From the NCBI GenBank assembly GCA_051294905.1, contig CM119372.1, positions 11,658,001 through 11,722,000 of the forward strand: 64,000 bases of DNA. The letters are read 5' to 3'. The first letter of the stretch is position 1; every line of letters starts with the position of its first letter. The notes under the pieces were generated by a model. It saw only the letters and a program-made list of their open reading frames with translations. It was not told where the DNA came from and searched no databases. Below, piece by piece: positions 39,301-51,181 of the stretch. Made by a program: the position numbers and the translations under genes. The DNA is from Botryllus schlosseri (lineage: Eukaryota).

Positions 39301-42300
39301 GCGAATACGCAGATGAAAAAAAATCGTTTGATACATTACTTGCTCATCAATTATTTCAAGGAAAAATGTTTATCAATCGCGAACAAATGCGCCTTCTGAA
39401 AGAATTTTCGAAATTGTCCGTTGAGTAAGCGACAAAATGGAAACGCTTCGGAGTTGCGCATATTTGATGTATAGGTTTTCCCAACCACTAATGACAACCT
39501 GCTGGATGATTGACAAGAACCTGAACTTTATTGCCACCGCCTATTTTGTGGTTCGCACCTCGAGAGTGGATAGTGATGAGGCAAGTTGCTGTTTGGAAAT
39601 TACCAACGCTATAATTTATTTAAACCTTACAACCAAATCCCACGCTTTTGTGTTAACCAGGCAGTCCCGGATAAATGTTGTGAGATGCAATCAGTTCTCA
39701 AAAGCACGACAAAAATAATCCAAGCACCACAGGACCGTTCAGATCGCCGGGAATCAACAGGATTTTGATATCAATCTTCACAGCGAGGAACTTTATTTCG
39801 AAATAAATATTTCGGGTAGGTCTATCTGTAGGGTATGCTACCATTGAAGTATAAATTATAAGTCCTTGAAAATTAAATACATGAAATTATTTGAGGAGTG
39901 ACAATGACATACACTCCCACCATTCAGTCGGAAAGTCGCTACATAGGCATCTTCCGGCTGGAAAGCTTCCACCAGGGAGCTAACCTTTCTGTAAGATTCA
40001 GCATCTGAGCCATTTCGATTCGGCGCGGTCGGCAGAGGTATCTATTGAAATGGAATTCCTTCTCAAGTTCGACGAGCTGCGCGTTTGTATAGGCCGTCCG
40101 TTCACGCTTTGATGATTTGTCGCCACCATCTATTATACAATGGAAATGTTCAAAACAAAATGAAAGGAACGCGAATGAGTATTATATACGAAGGCATGGT
40201 TGTCCTACAACAAAGAAATGAATTAATCGCGTGCACGATAGACAGCAGTATATTTCAAAGAACCTGTGCTCCTTGGTGGTGAGCCATTACAATTATCTGA
40301 AAAACGACAACGCTATTAACACAGTGATGAGTAGAATTGTGAAACAAATGACGAAAATAATCCACACCGCATTAAGTGCATTTCTACAATTATGGATTAA
40401 CATATCTTTGATTAAGCTCTCGACAGATGGCACATGTTTGTTTGGTAGTTTGGATACAAGGAAAATATAAATTGGTACTTCTCTTGAGCTCCGGACTACG
40501 GGATTAAATATTGACGTTTGAGGTGCTACAGTGCCTGATGTCGTAGATACTCCATGAACGGAGGTTTAATTGAACATTAATTGGAATCTATTCAATTTAA
40601 TTGGATATTGTAAACAGTAATATTTCAGAAAAAAATAAAAATGCACATCCGACCGCAAGTAAAGGCCCGAAACCTAGTTTAATTATAATATTACGAAATG
40701 CCTCAAAAATGAGACAGAGAGTCAGTGTTAGTGGGAGAGAGAAAGAGATAGAGAGGGGAGAGAAAACAAAAATCATACGATGGAGTCTTTATAATATTAG
40801 TAACTTGAGCAGGAGCATCCAATTTTGACACTTGCAATTAAGCCTTCAAAAATTCTAGACGGTACCTTGTGCATGATTGAGATAATATTAATACAATTAA
40901 TATTAGTCAACATAATTGCATGCAGGCAAAGCTGGTTCCCTGTTAATTTATTGTATTCTTTGCAGTAGACCGATATCTCACACACCATTGATTTCAAATG
41001 ATGTTTCAACTAGAAGTCATTCTACAATTTGGATGCCAAGAATAAATACATCTTTTCAGAGAAGGTACACACATTTTCTACGGGATTGCTCAATACTGAA
41101 GTCCCTACGCGTAACGTGATATGCAATCGTGCAAGGATACTCCATATTTCCCTCTTATGGGAAATATTTGTTGACAACAATGTAGCTTTCCATCCGCATT
41201 CCGCATGTATACCATAACTGGATCTAAACCTCCATAGAACGTAGCAAGATGCATCGTATTCATCCCTGGGGCGCTCCGCTGAGTTTATGGAACTACACCT
41301 TCACCGATATGACGATTTTTTCAATTTCATTCGTAAGGTGAGTAGTCCCGCACGATTTCTAGATACCAAATAGTACAGCGATCACGTTGTATGCTTGCAT
41401 CCTAAAAGCTTAGACACCTGTAGCGCAGGTCATTAATCATCATCTACGACAGCTCCGCGTATTACTATAGGCCGACGGTGTTGGTGTGTTTACGTTGACG
41501 GTACTTGTGCACAGATAATCAAATCCGAGCGCGCGACGCGAAATTCGGAAGAAAAAGCGCAAGGATTTATCTCGGATAAATACCGATCAACGATCTCGAC
41601 GAATTCTGATGATGTTGCGTTCGATTCTAAAGCAAAACAGGAGGCCGTCGACTAAACATGATAATGTCTTCGCGACACGAACGAGCAGATGTTGCTGCCA
41701 TTACGGACAGAGACGCGAACCGCTCAGCGCCCGCAAAGGACGTTTCCGTCATTAGGCACGTTGCATTGGAAAATCGTGACATTATTTCGAAGCGCAGCTG
41801 GTGCACATTGTGACATGTTCACGTTTTCCGCGAATCGCGCATTTCAACCTGTTTGTGGTGTTGCGAGCAGTGTATAAACAAAAAAGTAGATTTTGTTTGC
41901 GCAATATTGGTTATACCGGAAATATGAGGTGGGCCTCTCGCTTTCATCGTGAGCCAAACTATGATCATCTTTACATTTGGCCAAATGTAATAGAACGACT
42001 TAGTTTAGATCTTCCTATATACAGAGTTTAGGTATTGCGGAGAAAAATTGGATAGTATATTAAATTAGCTTGTCATGCAAACTATTGCAAAAAATTAATG
42101 AGTTGATATAAGACTCATTGAGTGGCGTGAGAACGTCTACTTACAGCGTGATATCACGAATTGCAAGCAAGCAATTTTTATTCCAAGTATAAATAGGAGC
42201 AGTTGTTCACCTAGAAATTGCAATATCAAAACGTTCCCGAACTCTAGTACTAGCAGTCACTGTTTCTCTTGATTACCAAATGCAATTGGTCTAGCATCAA

Positions 42301-44938
42301 CTTTGGCTAACTTTAGATATACAGCCTAATACCATAGACAACAAATGTACCATTATTGAATATGCACTGATGCCACGTTTCGACTATTAAAATTGTTCCT
42401 CAGCAAGAGAGCTCGATTAATGTACCGAATATTATATTTTGTCTACCAACAAAAAAATGCCTGTAGAAATGACAGTCCCAAAACGTGGCACATTTTGCCA
42501 AAGTTAAAAGACGAAACAGCTTAATCTCTTACTTAATCGGATAATCGCCCATTGTACAGTTACATATCCATGATGATTTTTTTAATAAACGTAGGAAATA
42601 CCATTACTATTCGAGAAAAGTAGCTTTGTTTGTTAAATATCCTGGCCTAGATGTTCCTTGTGTTTCGACTGTTCAATTCATTGAAACTAGAACAGCGAGG
42701 GAAATTTCCAGATGCCTACGCATCCGACTTATAGGACTATCAACATTTAATCTTTTGAAATACACTGCTTGTCCCGCTATATTTAGCGTTTCATACGAAT
42801 GAGATAACTCAGGAAATCGATATTATGTACATCGCAATAGAAGGCATAACGGGGAACTTGAATTATCAAGTTTATAGTTTTCAAAAGAGCACCAAACAGA
42901 TAGATACTGATTTGCGTATGAACTTACCGCTACTTCCAGGGGCACTAGAAACACTACGGAAGATTTTGTAATACAAAAAGTTCCTATCACACCCATTTAC
43001 AAGCCTGACTCCGTCACCGAATGGACTTTATTTATGTAATCAAGCATTCGTCACTTCTTCAACATTAGTAACCAGTCACAGCTTACTAAAGACACACTCT
43101 TTATTATGGTTACGTCAGCGTTAGATCACGCACTTTCTCATTTGGACAATTATCATAAGCACTCTTCTCCCATGTTGTGTTAATAAAGTTTTACTGCACT
43201 GTAAATTTGCAATGATGAGGCTTTACCAAATGGCTTGTCAAGTGTCTGCATCCGCTTACACACTCAAAGCATGAACGCAATCGTCACGTTAAACGTTATG
43301 AGCTGTAATCCCTTATAAATTGATATTTGAAGAGAAATTCGACTATTTTGGTTATTATTCATGTCGAATGACAGCCTACTCCAATTCCATCTTTTACTCC
43401 ATCAAATTTATCACTAACGTGACTTGAATGTATAGGCCAGCTGATAACATGGAAAATGATAACTTACTTGATGAATTGCTCGATGTGCTTTGTTTTCTCT
43501 TAGCATTCTGTCTTGTTTCTTTCATCCAAGGGTAGATGTGTTTGCTTACAGGCGAATTCTCATCCAAATCTTCCCCCATTTCTGGAGTGTCGCCATTTTG
43601 ATGGCACTCCACCATAGTATCCTTTTCAGCGGACTTCGAAGACCCCGAATCCTGCGAGTCGCGGCGCTCGTGGCCGTGCTTTTCGCCAGACCCTGTACCC
43701 GTTGGAAATAGATTCGCAGCCTGACTGACTTTCGATTTATCATTGACGGCAACGCCGGTATGTCCATTAATCAATCGGCCTCTCGTAGGCGAGTATCCTT
43801 CGACCATATTATCTTTCGCTTCACGGTGCGACTGCATTTCTCCTCGGTAGTGACTCCGTTCACTGGATCTCTGAGAAATGTCAGTGTGCGAGTCGGGGGA
43901 CATGTATTCCGAGGCACGTTGCGCGGTAGGTGACGATTTCGCGCTGATTACTTTACCGCCACAGCTCGCTTGCAAGTCGTCGCAGGCTAGAAATGAGTCC
44001 TCGGCTGAATCACCGTTTTGCGCGTCCGCTACAATCAACATGCTACCTCTCTGCTCCACGTTTGACTTAGCTGCATGCTCACTGCGTCGAAGCTTATGAT
44101 TGAGAAACCTCTGCTGAAAATTAGCCTGCGGGTGTCGGAATTCAGCTTGCTCGACTAAGCGGCTTGCCTCGGACGTACGCGGACGCGTCTCACCGCCATT
44201 TTTCTTTCCCTTGACCTCATCATTCTCAACACGGTCACGTGACTCTGACGAGTGGGTTGTTTGGTCGGGGTTGCGAGATAGCTGCTCGCCGAGGTATGGC
44301 CGCTCGAACAGTGTTTGCGTTTCGTTTTGACGAACGTAATGGTCATTATCGTCTCGACATTTCAGATCATTAGCGATAGCCGATAACGGTTTGTTTTGCC
44401 TCGACGTCACCACGTTCTCTTTCCCGGTTACGTTGCGTAGATCTCCGAGATACTTCTCGATGAAATGTCTGTCTGGCTCGTCCGATCTGAGACTTATCGG
44501 GATTGAAGACTCTAGATTTCCGTGCAATGACTTTTCAACTGAGTTGAGAGCGGTACTTTGACTGGACATATCGTCCGCGAAAAGGCTGTTGCTTTGTGAC
44601 ATTCCATAACATGAGAAATCGATGACTTTGTCGTTTTTGGCGCCATTGCCAGGACCATTGTTGTTTTCTATTAGTTCCCCCGAAGTGTCAGTGACGTCGC
44701 TATAAAGCGGAGACAAGCCATTTGAGAAATTGCCGTTTCCGGTTGATTCGAACTTAATTTCATTGCATCTGCGCGCAAACGCTACTTCGTCATCAGAGAT
44801 TTCATTGCGTAACGCGCCGTGTCTCCGACAATAAAAGTCCCGACCCGAAAATGCACTCTGTATGTTAGCGCCACTATCCAAGTCGTGGTTTAAATCGAAA
44901 GAGCCGCTTTCCAGCGGTTGAATGGCTGGAAAGCTCAT
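29482..44938 (-). CDS. Hox3: Homeobox protein Hox3 (paralogy group 3), five coding exons, about 915 aa
   Basis: join(44938-43468, 40129-39985, 36801-36608, 32078-31968, 30308-29482) = 2748 nt, open, all GT-AG and phase-compatible. Hexapeptide [14 protein letters not shown], homeodomain [61 protein letters not shown] and terminal RLTHL* are all group-3 signatures. Confidence 0.93.
31968..32078 (-). CDS. Hox3: Hox3 internal exon (111 nt, phase 1-1)
   Basis: Acceptor CCTACCTGCAG, donor AAG/GTAAGC, GC-rich, open in the required frame ([37 protein letters not shown]). Confidence 0.75.
33979..34540. mobile_element. hAT MITE (CAGTAGTTCTCAACC termini)
   Basis: TIR CAGTAGTTCTCAACC / GGTTGAGAACCACTG; TSD CTCTAGAA/CTCTAGAG. 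Confidence 0.85.
34549..36251. mobile_element. Non-autonomous hAT element (CAGTGCTCTTCAACC termini, GGGTGTAC repeats)
   Basis: Perfect 15-bp TIR; perfect TSD CTCTAGAG. Confidence 0.88.
35389..35821. mobile_element. hAT-type MITE (TAGGGTTACCATA family) nested in 34549-36251
   Basis: TIR TAGGGTTACCATA / TATGGTAAGCCTA; perfect TSD AATTTGCG. Confidence 0.85.
36608..36801 (-). CDS. Hox3: Hox3 exon encoding homeodomain helix 3 and downstream His/Gly-rich segment
   Basis: Acceptor CTTTCACAG; reads (R)[20 protein letters not shown]...HFHPG; donor GAG/GTATGG, phase 1. Confidence 0.92.
36883..37335. mobile_element. hAT-type MITE (TAGGGTTGCATTTAAAACA family) in the homeobox intron
   Basis: Long TIR; TSD ACTATTAA/ACTAGTAA. 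Confidence 0.85.
37875..38847. mobile_element. MITE with 28-bp TIRs, probably Tc1/mariner-pogo-like, in the homeobox intron
   Basis: GTAGGGGAGATGTGGTACCGATGGATCA and its exact reverse complement, in TA-rich flanks. Superfamily is inferred. Confidence 0.75.
39985..40129 (-). CDS. Hox3: Hox3 exon encoding homeodomain residues 1-43
   Basis: Acceptor TATAATAG; reads [47 protein letters not shown](R); donor AAG/GTTAGC, phase 2. Absent from the ORF track. Confidence 0.95.
43468..44938 (-). CDS. Hox3: Hox3 first large coding exon with YPWM hexapeptide
   Basis: Long ORF (track 43394..45004); first ATG at 44938 (the track's start is a TTG); [16 protein letters not shown]; donor GTAAGT at 43467-43462, phase 1. 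Confidence 0.9.
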
Positions 44939-47900
44939 GCTGGATCTTGCGTTTCGGCTTTTTCCGCCAATTTCCCGCCGATAATGCGCACCTGTTAAAC
45001 ACAACCGGGTTTAGATTTGGTTTAACAAGGAACAAGCCCCTTATGGCGTCGACAACTTAGCAGCTGGGTCGCATAAAACGACTTTCTACCGACTATTACA
45101 AGTTGTCAATCTCTGCGTTCGCCTCAAGCATAAACAATTTAAATTGATGGGAAACAGAAAATTCGCAATTGATACGGAGCGCCAGAGTAACACGAAATAC
45201 TAACACGCACTTGTCAATCGGTGCCGCTTGCAAGAAGTCCAGTCGCGACCGACCTAAACGATGAGAGATGATGTCCCGTTTGAGCTACACCTGACTTGCA
45301 CCGAAACCAAATTTTTCTTATTCCCTGACAGCGAATCACAACCGGCCCACTTAGCCCACGTCTAGCTCAAGCAAGATTGATTGCGATTGGTGATCGCTGC
45401 ATGTCGGGTCGCGATTAATATCCTTTCTGAGAGATTTTTTTGTGTAATGGTAACCCTGAATTTTTAATCACGAACGCAGACGTTTTATCGATACCGTGTG
45501 AACGAATTGCATTTTTCGTCGGGCACGAAAGCGCCTTTCATGGCATTTGTTCCATTAGGGACGGGACGAATTTTTACTTGTTTCATTCTGTTCCACGCTA
45601 TTCAACAGTATAATCAAATAGAAAGATAGGAATCAATGTACACCGCTCGGAACGACACTATTAATGCCAACGGGCGGTCCATATTGTTAGATGCTCCGCG
45701 GGACAGAATAGGATTATGCCACATGCCGTTGTAGTTTGAAAATACGACGTAAATAAATTTGCATAATTGCATTAGATCATGTTTTAGTTGAATTGAGTCC
45801 GAAAAAGGTTGTTTTACCATTTATCAAATTATTCTGCGAAGTCTCAGGGCAGTGCGGCGCCAGGCATAAACAGATCAGCGTGAGGCCCCTGAATGATCTC
45901 TGGTTATCCGCTGATATGTATGATAAATGCATTATATATCAATTCCCTAGACATCAATTTGGACGATTGATGTAAACGGACCGAGTGTGTTTGTTGATAT
46001 CAGACAGAATGAGGTGGCAACAAAACTTGGTGGAAACCGCCAGATTCAGATATTTGCCTTAACCGGATCCAAAATAACAAACACCTTCTTTATTTTATAC
46101 TTAATGTTGCACATGAAATCTGTTTGCATTCATTAAAGTTCCGACGTTGACACTAGCTATTTGAGGTCTGATCGGGTTTGCAAAGTGTGCAGTGCATCGA
46201 CTCTGTTAGTGAGTATAGTCACAAATTTCGAAGGTTACTTTTCCTATCTTCGGAATAGGAACTTTACATTGAAGAGCATGGATAAACTATTAATCTAATC
46301 AAACTTACACGTTCAAGTTGACGGAATTGAATACCACAGTTGACTCTATGAAAAATAATTACAACTGAATAGTCTGTGCCAATAACAGAGCACCTCGCTT
46401 TTGCAAATACGGTAAGTTGTGATGGTGAAAGACTGATCGCGAGATTTGCAGTAATTCGGAAGCCTTATTCAATCCAATTGACATTGCTGTATACAAATAG
46501 TCACATAAAAATTTATTTTTCATTCATATATACGCAGCAAATATGCGAATTTGTTAGATCCCTTTGAAGATGCCGATATCTAAATTTACTGGAGGCACGT
46601 TCGAGAGGCTGTGATATCATTATTCCATCGAAATTCGTGTGTGAACGGATTAATATGTAAAATATCGTAATTGACGCTTACAAAATGTATTATAGATTAC
46701 ACGTTTTCGCCATTTGCAGTTACGTGTAAATTCACGGAATGACGTAAACGCATAGGCTCTATTGCGGCTCTTAGTGGGCTTGTGAAATTGACTTACATAG
46801 CTTGTATTTTTTTATAAGGTAATTATAAGCCATGACAAAATAAACCGTACCGTACTATGGGTGGAATACCTGTCTTGATAAACAAATATACTCTAACGAT
46901 CACAATTGATTTGAAAGGCGATAAAATAGATAGGCGTGACAATGATAAAGATTTAGACAAGAGTATCTCTAATCATACAATATCATTGTAATTCGCGTAT
47001 AAACGTTACATGTGTTAACAAACTGATGCATCAAAAGCACGATACCCAACAATTTAACTTGATCTTGATCAAGACAAAGACGGAGATAAAATACAAACCT
47101 TGATAACATCACATAAGCAACATCCATGTGTAATATCTGGAATGCTGTGTCGGTAATAGTATGCGTCATCGGGGTAATGTTGGAGCGGTATGTAAACCGT
47201 CTAAGTGCTTTGCATTTTCACAACAAATTCGCAGATTAACAATGTAAAAGCAACCAAAATAGCAGATCGAGGTAAAAAGTTGAAATAACTGCGTTTATAT
47301 CCGGGATAAATAATAGAGTCTCATCCGAGACAGCCAGACGAACAAAATGGCGCGTGGCCGTGAACCGCTGCATTGTTTGTGGAGGGAACGAATCACCGAC
47401 TCGCTGTATCGTAAACTTTAACTTTAACTCATCAACTGAATAATCTAGGCTAGGTCGAAGATAGAACGAAGATTAGAACACAATTCGTGCTTCTGTCGGT
47501 AGATTTTGATAAGATGCAACCAGGCTATGTCGTTTTGAATCCACTTGAAGCTTTCAAGCGCTACAAATGACTCACAACTCTCTCCTTGACGTACTGAAAA
47601 TTTCTTTATTAAAAGTAATGTCGTCGACTATATGGAGCGCATATACCAAACTGCTGACCGATGTATCACATTGTTCTGGCAAACTAATTCAATAAGAACG
47701 TACATAACGAATCTGCCATATTTGAGCATATACTCGTTGTATACCTGTATGATTTGGGGAAGATTGCTCCCTACATTACTGACACGATTTTTCCGTGTAT
47801 ACAAGGAGAAGATACGACCAGTTTCCGCAAGATAAGTTTTACGGTTCATCAGTGTATTTCGGAATGAATCGGCTTTGCCATAATCAAGAGAAGTCCGGCT

Positions 47901-50224
47901 TTTGTTATATTCGTAAAATTCTTATACCGTGACGCTAACTATGAAAAGAAAAGCTAACAAGCCTCCAGGTTGGACACGGTTCGCTGCAGTAGCAGTGTCA
48001 CCGCAAGGTCATTTCGTGACTTTTTGACGCATGAGGCTCGCGGAAAAGTTACGCGACGGTGTATTATTTATTCATTCTACATACCGCATCGTCTTGCTAT
48101 CCCCTTTTTTCGGGGTCCTGTGTGTATGTCGGAAACGCTTGAACCCTTCCCCTTTCCATTTCAATACGATTGGTGTAACACATACCATATAAAAAGGACA
48201 TCAATATCGAGGCTACGAATAAGCATTGGACGGTTTCAGAACAAAAGGCACCATGCATTTTAGATCTGCGAACTCAAAATCCCTGTGTATTTCAGCACAT
48301 CAATGGCTAGCAATCGACGCACAGTGCGCCGTGTTATACCATGTTTACTCAGAGCTTCCACTCTTGCGCATTGATCATTCCGCTCAATGTATTTTTTAAC
48401 ATGGTTGACAGCACGTGGATAATGCTAATGTTGTTGTCTCAATCGTTCATAAAATGTTGGCTGCATGTTGCATATTGGATAAAATTATGCTGGTTTTACA
48501 TGAAAATGGTCCAGCACCGCGATATATTGATATACAATTAAAACCGATTAATTTTCATCCAAGCTTATTAGCGGAATACTGACTGCCGCATCTCAGATAT
48601 AACAAGATTGCTGACAGATAACCGATATTTATTCTAGCGGCAAGTAGCTTAACACTGGCACTACCCCATTATCTCTGAACCCAAATTCACCAACCCTAGT
48701 AGCAATTTACCGGGTTCAACGGGGCGGGAAATATCTCAAGGCTGCATAATCATGCACTTCTGCCCGATAACCCTGCGACATCATACCCCGCAAAAATGCA
48801 TTGCAATACATTAAAGGCCGTCCCTTGGGAATGAAGGATGATGGATAGATATCAGAGGTGAAAGACGTTTACTATACGTCTCTTACAGATAAAGCAACGC
48901 CAGAACTTGACCGAAACGCCATTTTGTAATTCGGAATTGGGAAAACGGCCACTTGAAGCCTCCGGCGTGAGATCACGAGAAGCACTTAACATCTTGTCGA
49001 CAACTAACCTTGACGCAGGCTTATCAGAAGAATAAGGGTTTTGACTTAGATGACAAACCACGAACACCTTTCAACTCCCTTGATAACGAACAAATATTGA
49101 TTGTGCAGCACTACAATTTTCCCACAGTTAACTTCCAGCCACATCAGAAGTAACGGAAAGCAGAATTCAGCGGCTGTAACTCGTTTTTAGGCATTTTATC
49201 CGACAAGGATTGTATTTAGATTTCATAGCTTCTCGTATTGAGCGTACGAGGATACAACGTGGCGTAAAATATAGGCAACCGAATATGCACATGTACACGG
49301 ATAAACTGCTTTAAGCTCTCAATACATGTGAATATAAAAGAAAATCCGGCCGAGCGTGCGATAACCCGGTTCTTGTGTTGAATGGGAGAGCACGGTAGTT
49401 GCCGCTCGATGGGCCGATATTTTGTTATGTCTCGCGACTGAAAGACTTGAATGATGGATCCTCTTTCTAGAGGTAATTGGCTTTTATTCACAAACACGGC
49501 TCGGACGCCTTTCGCCAATGTTTTACTATCGCGTTGCGATTGTCCCTAGGGGCGCCGGCGCAATTTGGAAACATTCGAGAAAAAGTCAGCGAGAGGTTAC
49601 ATCATTTGATACGGAACACGGCGATGATTGAATAAATCACTCCGCGGGGGCTGGTGATGAAAACGAGGAATGCGAATGTCTCGGATCCGATGATAATGCG
49701 CGATGCGAGTTTTTTGAGGCGCCTATAATCCCTAACACGCTTGAATCTTGTCTCTTTCAATTTGTTACACATGTAATCACGACTCGACAAGTTGCGATAC
49801 GCTACGATAAGGTTTCTGCTGGGCTGATAGCTTCCTAACCGTAATTACTATTTCCGTACAAATATCTCTTTTGTATTCTCGTAACTCGCCACAGAAATGA
49901 TCATAACTTAACGAAAGCGATCCGACCCAAGTTCGCATCTAGGGATCTATCTTTGTTTCCTATTTTAATGCACTGATTCGTGGATCATGAGACGCCATTT
50001 TTGCAATATATTGTGTTGGCTGGGGCCCAAGAGGCCAGTTCACATCTAGATTGATCTGGTGGGACACGACCATCTTAGAGGAAATTCCAATACATTTATT
50101 AGCATTTATATATTTTCATCGTGCTTCGTATTCTATGGTCCTTCGCATCGGACAAATATGTGTTCCTATTGTTATTTATTCTTGCACTGACTGACTTCCT
50201 GACTTACAAGCAATTAGTCTAAGC

Positions 50225-50711
50225 CAGGGGCGGTCAACCCATGGCCCGCGAGAAGGTTTTGAGTGGCCCCCTTGAGTAATTCTCGAAATTAGTTATATTA
50301 TCAAAAAATAAACTACCAAAACCAAATAACCAAAATTTGATTAGCCTGATCGAGAAAAGTGAGATTGTGATGACTAAAATATCAGCTCCGACGCATTGGC
50401 GTAACCAGAGCCAGCCAAATTTTTCGTATAGTTCGTCGTATATGACCATAAAGTACAATATGTCGCATATTAGTCGAAAACTTCGATATTTATAAGTCCA
50501 AGAGACGAATAATCCTGTCATTGCCAAATGAGCCCAGCGGTATGCTCACTGGGTCTTCATGTCATAATCGTTATTGATTTTGATGCGTGATATTATAAGT
50601 ATTGTTTTCACCGTTACCTAATCCGGTTCGCTCCTATCAGTAGACTAAAAAACGTCATCAACATTCGTAAAACTCATGTGCCCCTTTTGCCGAAAAGATT
50701 GACCACCATTG
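50225..50711. mobile_element. hAT MITE (CAGGGGCGGTCAA termini)
   Basis: Imperfect TIR; perfect TSD GTCTAAGC. Confidence 0.75.
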
Positions 50712-50758
50712 GTCTAAGCATACATGAAATTAGGTATGAAAGCATGGGCGAGAGATAG

Positions 50759-51181
50759 GGTGTCCGGTCAATACCGAGAAAACCATTACCGAGAATGCCA
50801 TTACCGAGAATGGACACCACCGAGAATGGACATTGCCGAGAATGGACACCACAGAGAATGGACATTACCGAGAAAGGACACCACCAAGAATGGACATTAC
50901 CGAGAATGCAATATATGCAATGCAGGCATGTTATGAATATGCACAGGTCGTGTGAGTGCATCACGGCGTTGCCACATTCGGTATCGATGATCAGGTTTAA
51001 ATTTCTCGACAACGTCAGTCCCAGTAAGCTATATTCTTGACATTGGCCATTCTCGGTAATGTCCATTCTCGGTAACGACCATTCGCGGTAATGTCCATTC
51101 TCGGTAATGTCCATTCTCGGGAATGGCATTCTCGGTAATGTCCATTCTCGGTAATGGTTTTCTCGGTATTGGTATAGAACC
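50759..51181. mobile_element. Small foldback element with tandem-repeat arms, MULE-like
   Basis: Arrays of about 17-bp ACCGAGAATGGACATT units in opposite orientation on the two arms; 9-bp TSD GAGAGATAG. Confidence 0.8.

Noticed and set aside
44939..45004. N-terminal extension MCLTGAHY... from the ORF track
   Set aside because: Starts at TTG and crosses a splice acceptor at 44992, so it is not a credible eukaryotic start.
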